A stretch of 63,904 nucleotides of DNA, from contig NC_068994.1 in the NCBI RefSeq assembly GCF_001194135.2, forward strand, positions 44,599,933 through 44,663,836, given 5' to 3'. Every line of letters begins with the position of its first letter. Within the stretch, counting starts at the first letter, position 1. This document shows, one piece after another, positions 1 to 11,907 of the stretch. The notes beneath the pieces were generated by a model. It made no database searches. It was not told where the DNA came from and saw only the letters and a program-made list of their open reading frames with translations. Source of the stretch: Octopus bimaculoides. Its lineage: Eukaryota. Made by a program: the position numbers and the translations under genes.

Positions 1-2180
1 TCAATAAATTTAATGTTATATTCACATTTAAATATTTTTCTTTATGCTGCAGGTTCACCAAAATTTCCCAGAACACCTGAAATTACTCTTTTATAGAATA
101 CTGAATATCTATATTCATTCAAATTGATAGAGAAATTACTATTTTCACCAAGGAAAATGTCTTACAATAAAGGAGAGTGTATTCTTTCAAATATAAAATT
201 AAATCCTTATCTATGATTCAAAACATGAAAAACTTCCCTTAATTTTGTATATTTATGAAATATATATATTTCTTCAAGGACTTGATGTTAAATCTTAATG
301 ATAATTTTGAGGCACAAGAAATCAGATTTTTGTCTCTAAGTTTTGTTTAAGATATATTCTTTTTCATAAACCTAACAAAATCTTTGTCAATTTCTCTTTG
401 CCTTCTATTATTTTTCACATGAAAAAAGGCAAAATATGACTTTGCCATATGACTTCAACTATAACAAGATTGCTTCTCTTTAATAATATTTCTAAATTTA
501 TGATATCCATTCTGTTGTTAAAAATAGACAAATTATATGGCTTCCACTCAACAGACAAAAGAAGTTTTCAACCACCATGATGTACTCATTAACATGCATT
601 GTTTAGGCAGAGAAGCTCTAAACAACTGCATTTCTATATCAAAGCAAATAGGGTTCAGTATTATTGACTGGTTAGAGTTCCATAACCTTCTTCATTCAAA
701 CTTTGGTATTGATTACAAACAATGTTTAAATAGTGGTCAAATTTTATCTTTGAATACAAAATATTTGAATGAGTTCAGAAAATACAACTTCCAACTGTTA
801 TTGATTGAATCTTTAACAAATATAGAGAAAAAAACATAGGATATGCCTAGAATCATAAACAAAAAATGTTTTAATCATATTTGTAAGAAATAAACAAAAT
901 AACTTTGAGTGCCATGAGGAGAGATGAGTTGTAATAGCATTCATACTATTTCATAGATAAGATATATATAACATAAATACTAATGCTAAATAGTATGGTC
1001 TTGTTTTAGATTGGTGTTGATAAATATTGCTTTTGTGAGCTAATTTTAAAATATGTAACATGAAAATAATGGTAATCCTCAAAAGCAAAATGTTTTTATA
1101 TTCACTGTTGTATTTAGAATTTTATTGTAGATTGTAAAACACATAAAATTGGTTGTATAGATTAGCAAGCTAAAGGTACCGTAACTAATGTCCACCAACA
1201 GCCTCTTTCAAAATATTGAAACAACAAAATTATTAAAAAAAAAACATACAGTACAGGATTGAAAAACAAAGAAGCAAGCTGTAAATCTATATCATTTTAC
1301 TGCAAAAAGAAATATTTCCTGGAAAGGAAGCTTGAAGGGGTAGTTAATTTCGAAAGATTTGATTCTGTTCTTTTCACAAGATATGATTCCAATGAGTAAA
1401 TCTTCTATAATATGTGTCCCAAACATTAAGCTAAAAACTTGTTGATTACATGAGAGATTGTGTTCTCCTTAAATGATAAACTAAACATATTTCATGTTTA
1501 TAGACATGTTAGAAAACTACAGATACCAAGTCCCTATGTATAAAAGCTGTAATTTGACATATCACATCAATGCCACAAATAGATCGTAATTAGTGCTTTA
1601 TAAATCATTAATTACTTTGTTTTTGTTTGTTTATTTGGGGGTTTTATTCACTTTGTAAGAGTTTCGTTCAACATAATTTACCTGAGAAATTTACCTGTCT
1701 TCTTCTATGCTACTTACCCGCCACCACCACTTGAAGTATATTTTAGTATATTTAAGTATAATTTCTCTAATGTAAAAAGCAAACTATTTGATTTACTCTT
1801 TATATGTTAATGAGTTATTTTTTAAACCATTTTTTAATTTGAAATAAATATCTTCTAAAAGATATAAACTCTGATATTTATAATTTTATTTTATTTTTAT
1901 TATCAATCAATTAATTAGAATAGCATAAACCTAAGTAAATATTTTACACACAAACATTATTCATTCATATATTTCAACCTAATCAATACTTTTATTTATT
2001 TATTTATCTATTCATCAAACTTGGTATACAAACAATATTTGATTTGTTTAAGTTAACTGTTTGTTCAATTAATTACTATTTTAATGAAAAGTTGAAATAT
2101 TCTGTCAGTGATTCATTAAGAAAAATGTTGCCACTTTAAACATAGCAACTTGTGAGATAAATAAAGTGTTTATATAAATC

Positions 2181-3521
2181 ATGTATTCTGTCCAATCAAT
2201 GTACAGCAGCATGGGAAGTCAGTTCAATTTTGATTTCTGTCCTCCCACAATGGGCTCACCAAATAACCACCAGATTGGAAAATACTCACTCACCCCTAAT
2301 AATCATAACTTTTGCAACAAACGGACTTACAAAGGTGATAAACCCTACCGATGTGATATTTGTCGGAAAGGCTTCTGTCGACGTAGCAACCTTAGTAACC
2401 ATGAACGGTCTTCAGCATATGAAAAACACTTCTATTGTATGTATTGTAGAAAGGCTTTCTCTCAGCGTGCTCATTTGAAAACCCATGAAATAACCCATAC
2501 AGGACTTAAACCTTATTCGTGTGAATTCTGCTCAAAAACATTTGCCCAACGTGCCAACTTTGATAACCACCGACGCACACATACAGGTGAACGGCCCTAC
2601 CACTGCAGCTGGTGCTCAAAAGCTTTTGCTCAGTTGACAAACCTAAACAATCATGTACGGATTCATACTGGAGAACGGCCTTTTGTGTGTTCAATGTGTT
2701 CCAAGGCATTTAGCCAAGTTACAAACTTACGTAATCACGAACGTATCCACACAGGTGAAAAACCCTTTGTGTGCATATTTTGTGCAAAAGCATTCAGTCA
2801 AGTAACACACCTTCGAAATCATGAACGTGTTCACACTGGTGAAAAACCCTATACATGTTCCACTTGTTCTAAAGCTTTCAGTCAACGTGCTAATCTGGAT
2901 AATCACAAACGTATTCATACCGGTGAAAAACCATTTGCCTGTTTAGTATGTAAGAAATCTTTCTCACAAGTTACAAATTTACGGAACCATGAACGCATCC
3001 ATGCAGCATCAGGTAATGCCCCTTTGAACAAAAACAGCACCACTGCTAATAAAACCAACAATTATTACACTGATGCAGACAGCAACAATAATAGTTACCG
3101 GAAACATTATAACAACCAACAATCTCAGCACCATCCCATAAAACACCATCCACAAATCCAGAATCCAAATTCATCGCCAGATATCCAGGCTAGCACGTCC
3201 CCTACTGATCTCAATGTTCGAAATATGCCCCATCAACAGCAACTCCCGCCACCACCACTACCATCATTACCCCCTTCTTCTGCTACTGCCATTCGTCCCC
3301 AGCCAATAACCATCCCAAATTGGATGACTCCGCCCTCCTATGTACAACAAATCACTCCATCTTGGGAAAATAGTTACAACTGGTCATCTCGAAATTTCCC
3401 AATTGCTTCATCCCGGTGGAATTCCAGTAGCTCACAAAACATTCCTAGTCTGCTGCCCTGTGGCATTGGCCAAACCAACCATAGTATTGATTTAGATCCA
3501 AAACTGTATCAAAGAACCTAA
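2181..3521 (+). CDS. C2H2 zinc-finger protein ZNF-A (446 aa): 8 tandem fingers (first lacks terminal His), N/Q/H/P-rich linker, Trp-rich C-terminal motif
   Basis: Uninterrupted ORF with C-x2-C-x12-H-x3-H repeats and TGEKP/TGERP linkers; in-frame TAA at 2175-2177 fixes the start; both termini match the paralogue at 41330-43018. Confidence 0.95.
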   Translation: MYSVQSMYSSMGSQFNFDFCPPTMGSPNNHQIGKYSLTPNNHNFCNKRTYKGDKPYRCDICRKGFCRRSNLSNHERSSAYEKHFYCMYCRKAFSQRAHLKTHEITHTGLKPYSCEFCSKTFAQRANFDNHRRTHTGERPYHCSWCSKAFAQLTNLNNHVRIHTGERPFVCSMCSKAFSQVTNLRNHERIHTGEKPFVCIFCAKAFSQVTHLRNHERVHTGEKPYTCSTCSKAFSQRANLDNHKRIHTGEKPFACLVCKKSFSQVTNLRNHERIHAASGNAPLNKNSTTANKTNNYYTDADSNNNSYRKHYNNQQSQHHPIKHHPQIQNPNSSPDIQASTSPTDLNVRNMPHQQQLPPPPLPSLPPSSATAIRPQPITIPNWMTPPSYVQQITPSWENSYNWSSRNFPIASSRWNSSSSQNIPSLLPCGIGQTNHSIDLDPKLYQRT

Positions 3522-4074
3522 GAAGTATAACCACTTTTGTGATTTGTAATGCTGGAATATTTATGTATTTAGATAGAATTTTATTAAAATATGTATATTT
3601 TTACATGTTCTATTGAAACAGAGGCTTTTATACCAAATCTAATACAGATTCATCTATATATATACACATAGATATATGCATGATTTCAGAACTTCAAAAT
3701 AATACAGTGTCATAAATCTGAGTTATATGTGTGATTGTATGTGTTTTATAAGGATACATAATTATTTCAGTTAATATATGTTTGACTGAACAACTGGAAA
3801 ATCTGTTTACAAACAATCCAATATTCAAATTAGTTAACCCCAACGGTTTGTCTGTTAAGTAAAAAAAGGAGATCTTAACATAAGGACTGTATTAGTGTTC
3901 CTGTTAAGAGGAACAGGTTTAGATAATCTTTTGAATGGAAAAACAAAAAAGAAACTGTTAGTAAACACAAAACTTTCTTAGATGATTACTACATTTCAAC
4001 AAACAAGTGCAAAAAAAAAAATAATAAATTATCGTTTAAAATATAATTGTCAACGCTCAACAAGTAATTCTTTC

Positions 4075-4256
4075 TTATCTTGACACAAGGTCAGCAATTT
4101 TGAGGGGAGGGGGAATTTGATTACATTGACCCCCAGTGCTCAACTGATACTTATTATATTGATCCTAAAAGATGAAAGGCAAAGTCCACCTTAGTGGCCT
4201 TCAAACATGGAATGCTGGTTTTGCACAGTAATGATTCCACCAGCATCCTGCCTTAT
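4075..4256 (-). mobile_element. tRNA-derived SINE family A, decayed copy
   Basis: Reverse-complement match to the copies at 7066 and 10114 (gatgaaaggcaaagt, cccagtgctcaactg). Confidence 0.8.
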
Positions 4257-5468
4257 TCATATTCTTAATAAACAATAAAGTAAAATAAGATCACAGACTT
4301 AATACCAAATTTTTTAATCTTATTACAATTACACCCATGAATTAATGCAATGTTAAAACTTCCAATAGAGGAATCAATTTTATGCCGAATGTTAGCCAAT
4401 CAGATAAAAACAAATTATATTTCGAGATGGTCTTTTTTTTTTCTTTTGCCAAATAAATACATGCACTATATATTCATTCTTCACAACAGATTTATTTTAT
4501 TATTGCTCTTATTTTATGTCCTCTATATAAGTATAAATCTGCAGTGAAGCATGAATATACACTGTGTGTGTGTATGTGTGTTTTTTTTTGGGGGGGGGGC
4601 AAAATATAAAAAATTGCTATCTTGAAATATAACAATATCTTTTTCAACACACGATTTCATATCAGGAATCTTGCAAAACAAGATGAAAACAATGCTTCTA
4701 TAAGCAACACTATTACTTATCAGTGTGTATTTTTTGTTGTTGTTGTTGTTCCTGGAATTAAAATCAATATTGGGTTAATCTATATGTGTAGACATAGCCT
4801 GTATGAAATTTGAGATTGAGATGCAGAAACTGTGTCGGAGGCCTATTGTGCGTGTATGTGTGTGTGAGAGAGAGAGAGAGAGAAAGAGTATCAGGCAGTG
4901 AGAATGAGTACACAACTCTGCACTTGGTGGGTGTATAGTCTTTGTGGATTAACAGTGCTACCAATGGCAAAAATTCCAATATCCTTCAAGAGTTCCACTT
5001 AAGAATGATAGCAATTACATCTATTTTAAATGGAACTATGTGTGTGTGTGCTATATCGCTTTATGCCAATGATATAAAACTTATCCATTTGATAGATAAA
5101 TACTGATAAAATAAGTACCTGACCAAAATGAGTCCATGGATCGACAATATGATTGGTTAAAGCACTTGAAAGGGGTACCCCAGCAAAGCAGCGGTCCAGT
5201 GATTGGAACCAGTAAAAGAGTCATACTCTATCCATTATGAAAGTTCATTTGCTTTTACTATTGTAATATTTGATCTGAAGATACATACACGAGTAGTAAT
5301 TTTATTTTCTTAATATAGAAATTGTGATACACTCACTTTTATATAGTACCCATGCAACCCATTGTACTATGTGACTGGTTCAACATTGCATTGGTCAACA
5401 GACTTTCCAGTAATGCTATTTCATCAAACATATGTTTACAACCATTTTCATAAGTTTGTATGTTCATG

Positions 5469-5512
<44 letters not shown>

Positions 5513-5848
5513 AAAATGAACTAGGAGAAATTACTTAGAATAGCTAGTGGCATGTAGTTGAACTACAAAAAGGAATTAAGGTATTGATACCAATTACTGC
5601 CAAGTAATTAGTCTACTCTGTCTGGAAGTAGAGTTTTCAATAAATCATTATTTTGTATGTTATTTATAATATCTTTATTCATCTTTGTTGTTCAAATACA
5701 TTCCACTGGCTATTCTAAGTTATTTCTTTAACTTTTAGTTTGTTTTTTTTTTACATGTATGCAGATTATTAGGCCATAAATGTGTTCTACTTTTTTTTTT
5801 AATATGTTTAAGTGTTTTGTCTGCTGAAGATAAAGTAGGACAGTTACT

Positions 5849-5887
5849 GTGCTGATGACGCCTATTGAGGTAGAAACACATACCCAC
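5849..5887 (+). ncRNA. Fossil minimal hammerhead-like motif
   Basis: GTG-CTGATGA-CGCCT[ATTG]AGGTA-GAAAC-ACATA-CCC; restoring CpGs gives CGCCT/AGGCG and GAAAC-GC-GTA; stem I has one mismatch. Confidence 0.4.
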
Positions 5888-6120
5888 ACTTGTGGACATG
5901 TTACTACCTCAGTAGTTGTGAACAATTGGCCGTTCCTTCAATGGAATGCCTGTTGATTTTTAGAGAATTCTTGATTCTTGAAATTATCCCCCTTTCTCGT
6001 TTAGAATTGATAACAATTGTCACCAAGGGATTTGTTTACCCTCTCCAGAAGCAGAGATCATTTTAAGTAATTGAAAATTTATTCTATATTTCTACTATAT
6101 CCTTATTCATCTTTGTTTTA

Positions 6121-6191
<71 letters not shown>

Positions 6192-7065
6192 ATCTTGTGT
6201 TTATATGTATAAATACTTGTACATATATTTATGTTTAATTTGGTGTTTATATGTGTGTGTGTGTGTGTGTGTGCATACATGGCGCTTATATATATATACA
6301 TACATGTGTATATATTGGTAACACAAGGCATTTGACCAAGACCATTGTTGTGCAATAGGGCAGAAATGAGTTGACCAACAGCATTCTTCTTTTTCTTACT
6401 CTACTGCTTTGCATTTCTGAGCAATTCTGTTTTATATTAATTTGTAATGTAAATCTTAAGTAGCCAAGCAGTAAACTTCAAACCCAGCAAGACCAATAAT
6501 ATTGACACAGTCTTGCTGGAACAAGACTGAGCCTTATATTTCTTGTATCAAAGTTATCATTTTTAATTACACATTAACCTTAATTGAACAGAACTATGAT
6601 CAAAAGCATTCCATTTACAACCATCCCATCTTTTCAGCAGTATATAGGACCACATTATCTAATGTTCCCTTTCTTTAGTTAAGATAACATGGTGTGAACT
6701 GAAGGAGATTTGACTGTTATTTCTAGTAGGTCAAACAATCACATAGACACCCTTGTTAGCATGTACGTATCTAAGTATTCTTTCACTCTTCTATCTGTTA
6801 GAGCATTTGCTTGAGTAGTCATTGAAGTCAAGTATGGATTCATGGTCCATCCCTGATTATGATATTCTTATGTTCAAATACATTAGTTCCAGATTCTTCT
6901 TTGAAGATTTGGTGCAATGCTTCTTATTTTCCAAGAGTTGAAATTATAAACATTTAACAAGCATAAACAGTGTTGTCACATTCAAACAAATGCTCATATA
7001 GAACAGATTAACTGATAATTTATGATTTTATTCTATTTATTTATTGTAATATCTATTTTGTCCAT

Positions 7066-7268
7066 TAAGGCAGCAAGCTGACAAAGTCATTAGCATGCTA
7101 AGCAGCATTTTTTCCGTCTTTACATTCTGAGTTCAAATTCCACTGAGGTCAACTTTGTTTTTCATTCTTTCGGGGTCAATAAAACAATTACCTGTTGAAC
7201 ACTGGGAGTTGATGCAATCGACTTACCCCTACACCAGAATTGCTAGCCTTGTGCCAAAATTAAAATCA
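7066..7268 (+). mobile_element. tRNA-derived SINE family A
   Basis: taaggcagcaagctg head, B-box-like gagttcaaattcc, ctttcatcctttcggggtc body. Further copies at about 16690-16880, 21712-21918(-), 23050-23190(+), 24074-24288(+), 55690-55872 and 62030-62190(+). Confidence 0.85.
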
Positions 7269-7489
7269 ATATTTGTATTGTTTGTGTGGTAAGCAAACAA
7301 AGATCAAACTGTAAATATATCTATTTACATTTTGTTTTATGAACAGAGAACATTCTGTACACATATATAAAGTGAAAATTTAACTGAACCACAGCAAATC
7401 CCTGAGGAAGTCTTATTTCTGACCTTCAGTCTTCAACCCTTCATTGTGATTTCATTTTATGTTTTTTGTGGGATTTTTTCCATAGTCAA

Positions 7490-7690
7490 AGAACTATCAG
7501 TGCCAATAGCCATGTTATAGAGCCTTCAAGAATAGTAGAAAGAAATGGGTCATCCTCAAGCTAGATATCTGTCAGAGTGCTTATAATAGAGTGAATCCTA
7601 TTAAAGGCAGCTAAGGGCCTAGTGAGGTATTCAACCACACAAGTATACTGAGTTCTGGTCAACCATACAACCACACTGCATTCTTGGCCT
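7490..7690 (+). mobile_element. Possible highly decayed LINE RT fragment
   Basis: ILKLDICQSAYNRV at 7552-7593 resembles the LDxxKAYDRV RT motif; little other support. Confidence 0.35.
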
Positions 7691-8001
7691 CATTAGTGAT
7701 AGCTGACTATTTATGAAGTTATGTAAGACTACTTGACAAATTTTTGCTTCTTAACTCTAGAATAAGAAGTGGATTGATCATGTTACACATTGCACTTGCA
7801 ATGCTGAATCTATCAGTGAAAGTGTAATGTATTTTATCTCTACTGTTTGTAATTCTGTAGCACAATTGTGATCGGGGTTTTTGTGGCCACATGTATCTGA
7901 AACAATATGAATAATATATATACACAAACATGATTTAATATTTTAGTACACATAAATCAATACTGTAAGAGCTCTGTATTTCACTTAGATTTAAGACTTT
8001 C

Positions 8002-8064
<63 letters not shown>

Positions 8065-8093
8065 TCCAAGTGTACAGTATTATATAGCCATTA

Positions 8094-8187
8094 CAGCTGA
8101 TTCCACCAATTGGTTTCACACTCAGTGTTCAATGGAGTGTTAGGTAACAGTCCAGTTATGTAACCCTGCACTCATCAGAGGTGGCTG
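8094..8187 (-). ncRNA. Fossil type I hammerhead with long stem II (family 2, copy 2)
   Basis: Minus strand CAGCC-ACCT-CTGATGA-GTGC...46 nt...GTGT-GAAAC-CAATTG-GTG-GAA-TC-AGCTG; alignable to 17551-17645 including flanks. Confidence 0.55.
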
Positions 8188-9295
8188 TTAAGGAATGAAA
8201 TATGGCAATTTCACTTAGGCGTAAGAATACTATTAACAAGTTGTGAAAACTCAGTGTACTTGTTTTAGAGTAAAGCATCAAAAGAGTACAGACCATAATG
8301 TCAATCAGTGAATGACAATAGAACAGAGATTATATAATTATCTTCATTAGCTTACAGTCGTTTCTGTTATATGAAGCAGTGCACTCAGAGCTGATTGCTT
8401 GTGCATTATCCTATGGCGTCCTCGGTCCATTAAAATGAAGTGCATGTTTATTTTTAAAATGAAAAACAGTCAACTCTGTGTGGGGAGGGAGGTATGCATC
8501 TATGTATGTTTACACATAGTTATTGTGTGGTGTAACTAGGATTAAATGGCATTACTTAAAGGTTTATTCATGAAACTCTGCAAATACCTGTTATAATTAT
8601 GTATCCAGTATTCATGTTTTTGTTTGGCATAACATAAATAAACACAATATATATGTATGTATATGCATGTTTGTGTTTAGGTATGAATGTTTATATGTTT
8701 GCTTTTTGTATATTTATATATACATCTTATATTGCTAATACACCAGTGCAGCTTGTAAATGAAAGCATTCAGTTTATCTAAGTATATTTATATGTTTAAA
8801 GCATATCATAGGACAGGCAGCATGGCTGATTATCTTTGAGTTATTATTTAATTGAACAAAATTAACATCTTGATTCACAGCACCAATTTTTACAGCTCGT
8901 CTTATATTATTGCAAAACTTAAATGAATGTAATTGATTTTGGATTTTTACAGCATAATAATAGCAATCAAAAGATTTATCATTTTTTTTTTTTTTAATCA
9001 TTGAATTTACCATTTCTGCTGCCTGTCTGACAATATGTAGTCTTGCTGTTAAGAACTTGTGGTATATCCTCTGAGCTTCATTCCACTGAAAGCCTGTACA
9101 TTTTTTTTTTTTTTTTACAGTTTATTTAATTGTATAACCTCAATATATTTATCATTTTGTCTACATGATTTCGTGATTTACAATGTCAAAATAAAGTCAT
9201 CTGGTCTGTATGCTTGATTTAAAGGACATTTGGCTACTATTTCTAGCAGGTCAAACAACCATGTCTGCTGTCAAGTTAAGTGACATGCACTTTTA

Positions 9296-9505
9296 AATTC
9301 TTCTCCTCTAAGGCAGTGCTCTGCAACTGGTATGCCATGGCACACCGGGGCCATGGCACACTGGTGTGCCACAAGACGATGCTTGGTGTGCTGCAGTGTA
9401 ACCTGATTATAATATTTTTCCCTATCCTTTTAGATATATTTTTAGTTCAGGTGTGCCACCGAATTTTGAAAAGAATACAAGTGTTCTGCAAGTGAAAAGA
9501 GGTTG
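9296..9505. mobile_element. Decayed hAT-type MITE
   Basis: cagtgctctgcaactggtatgccatggcacac left end typical of Charlie-like elements; right end degenerate. Confidence 0.5.
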
Positions 9506-9558
9506 TGTCTTACTTTCTCTATTCCCACACAAATAGAGACACATGTGCATACATAAAG

Positions 9559-9592
<34 letters not shown>

Positions 9593-10069
9593 ATGTGTGT
9601 GTGCATGTGTGTGCTTGTGTGTGTGTGTCTATTGAGCATGTCTACATGAATGTATATCTCTGTGTACATATATACAAATTATAATATTACTTTGAAGAGA
9701 ACATCCGAACCACTGGTATTACATTTTAATAAAGCATTCTGTATCTAAACAAACAATATTTCTTGAACACCATTCTGAAAAATATTCTATTTAATCAAAT
9801 GAAACTTCAGTTTTTTTTTTTAAGAATCTTCTTTTTTTTTATATTTTAAGAATGTCTAAAATCTCTGCATTAAACTAATAAAAATGTTTGATACTGTCTT
9901 AGATAATATCACTTCTACTTACAAAAAATTTATAAGTGTTACTTTCAGTTTAAAAATACCATCTTATTAAATAACTATTAGTAAGTATCTAAGTGTATAG
10001 ATATATGTAACTTAAGATATTGATGTCTCATCATCATCATCATCATCATTATCATCATCATTATTATTA

Positions 10070-10112
<43 letters not shown>

Positions 10113-10113
10113 C

Positions 10114-10308
10114 TAAGGCAGTGAGCCAGGTGAAATTCTTAGTGGTATTTCGTCTGTCTTTATATTCTGAGTTCAAATTCCACCAGGGCTGACTTTGCCT
10201 TTCATCTTTTCAGGATCAATAAAATAAGTACCGGTTGAGTACTGGGGTCAATGTAATTGACTAGTCCCCTCCCCCGAAATTTCAGGCCTTTTGCCTATAG
10301 TAGAAAGG

Positions 10309-10346
<38 letters not shown>

Positions 10347-10906
10347 CAGGCCTTGTGCCGAGAGTAGAAAAGGTTATTATTATTATCAGTTTAAGGCAAC
10401 GAGCTGGCAGAATTCTTAGCACACCAGGCGAAATGCATAGTGGTATTTCGTCTGCCACTATGTTCTGAGTTCAAATTCCACTGAGGTTGACTTTGCCTTT
10501 CATCCTTTCAGGGTTGATAAAATAACTACCAGTGAAACACTGGGGTCAACGTCATCAACTAGTCCCCTCCCCACAAATCAGGCCTTGTACTTTTAATAGA
10601 AAGGATTATCATTGTTGATGATGTTATTATTATTATTATTGTTATTATTACTATTATTATTATCATCATCGTCATCATCATCATCATCAGTTTCAGGTGA
10701 CGAGCTAGCAGAATTGTTAGCATACCAGGCAAAACGCTTTGCAGTAATTTGTCTGTCTTCACATTCTGAATTCAAATTCTGCCGAGGACAACTTTGCCTT
10801 TCATCCTTTCGGGGTCGATAAAATAAGTACCAGCTAAACACTGGGTCAATGAAATCGACTATCCCCCTCCTCCAAATTTCAGGCCTTGTGCCTATAATAG
10901 AAAGGA
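10114..10906 (+). mobile_element. Tandem array of three SINE-A copies
   Basis: Copies at about 10114-10310, 10392-10606 and 10694-10906 separated by (ATT)n/(ATC)n tracts. Confidence 0.9.
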
Positions 10907-11907
10907 TTATATTCATCATCAATTGTCATATGTTAAGCTTTCAGTAATAATAATTTGCAGGGTTATATCTAGTCATAGAGCATAAAATATATGCAAAGAT
11001 ATTTTTATGTCAGTTTTTTTTTTTTTTTTACTAAATCTATGTAAAAGTATACAAGTTTAACTTGGACTCTAGTGTTTTACTTTTCTGTTTATACAAGACA
11101 TTGTTTTCTCTCTCATTGATTATGTAAAAATATTTCAGCATCTAAAATATACACTGCTGATTGATCTTTGGCAATAATTTATTGAAACTTCTATATAATT
11201 TTTTGTGTATCTGCTGACAAAGTGGTTGTGTAATTGCAAGTATTTTTTTAACTAACAAGAAATATTATCAAAATAATTAATACCTTTGTTTTACAGGGGA
11301 CAATTTGAAAAATAGCAAGTTTACTGCCAACCTTAAATGTCAGCTTGTTAGTAATAATGCTAAAATAAACAATTGTCCATTCTTAATTGCATTTGTCTAT
11401 TTTTGCTTAATTGTTTTAACTTTCCTACAAGCACCGTATCCAACAAGTCAATATGAGAAGAAAAGATATTACAGCCTAAATTACACAACAGAAATAGACA
11501 ACCTGGTTAACATACAAGAAACTAGAGATAACCTCAAACACAGTATGCCCAATAGCTAACACAAGTAAAATATAACTTTGAGTCAAATTAAAGAAGGAAA
11601 AAAATAAAGAAAATAGACTGTAGAAAAACAGAAAACTGGTAAACATTTGTAGCAGTAAAACACTATGTAAAGTAATTAGTTATATCAAGGGCAACATCTA
11701 TACTTTATGTCGCAATATTAACTTCAAATAACATTTTGACAGCAAGCATGTACCCTTATCAGATATCAGAACACTTGACAACCAATGTTGGTATGTTTAC
11801 GTCCCTGTAACTTAGTGGTCCAGTAAAAGAGACTACAGTCAAATGACTGAAACAAGTAAAAAAATAAAAGAATATATATATACACACACACACACTCACA
11901 CATATAT

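Noticed and set aside
537-839. 100-aa plus-strand ORF (MASTQQTKEV...)
   Set aside because: No recognisable domain, no paralogue in the window, AT-rich composition; this length is borderline for chance.
8345-8397. Additional hammerhead-like remnant on the minus strand (GCT-CTGA...GAAAC-GACT-GTA-AGC)
   Set aside because: Core lacks three nucleotides and no stem II can be formed; too decayed to support.
11417-11510. Plus-strand exon-like piece (APYPTSQYEKKRYYSLNYTTEIDNL)
   Set aside because: Weak donor, no partner exon could be linked, and it conflicts with the minus-strand candidates; it shows how easily such pieces arise by chance.
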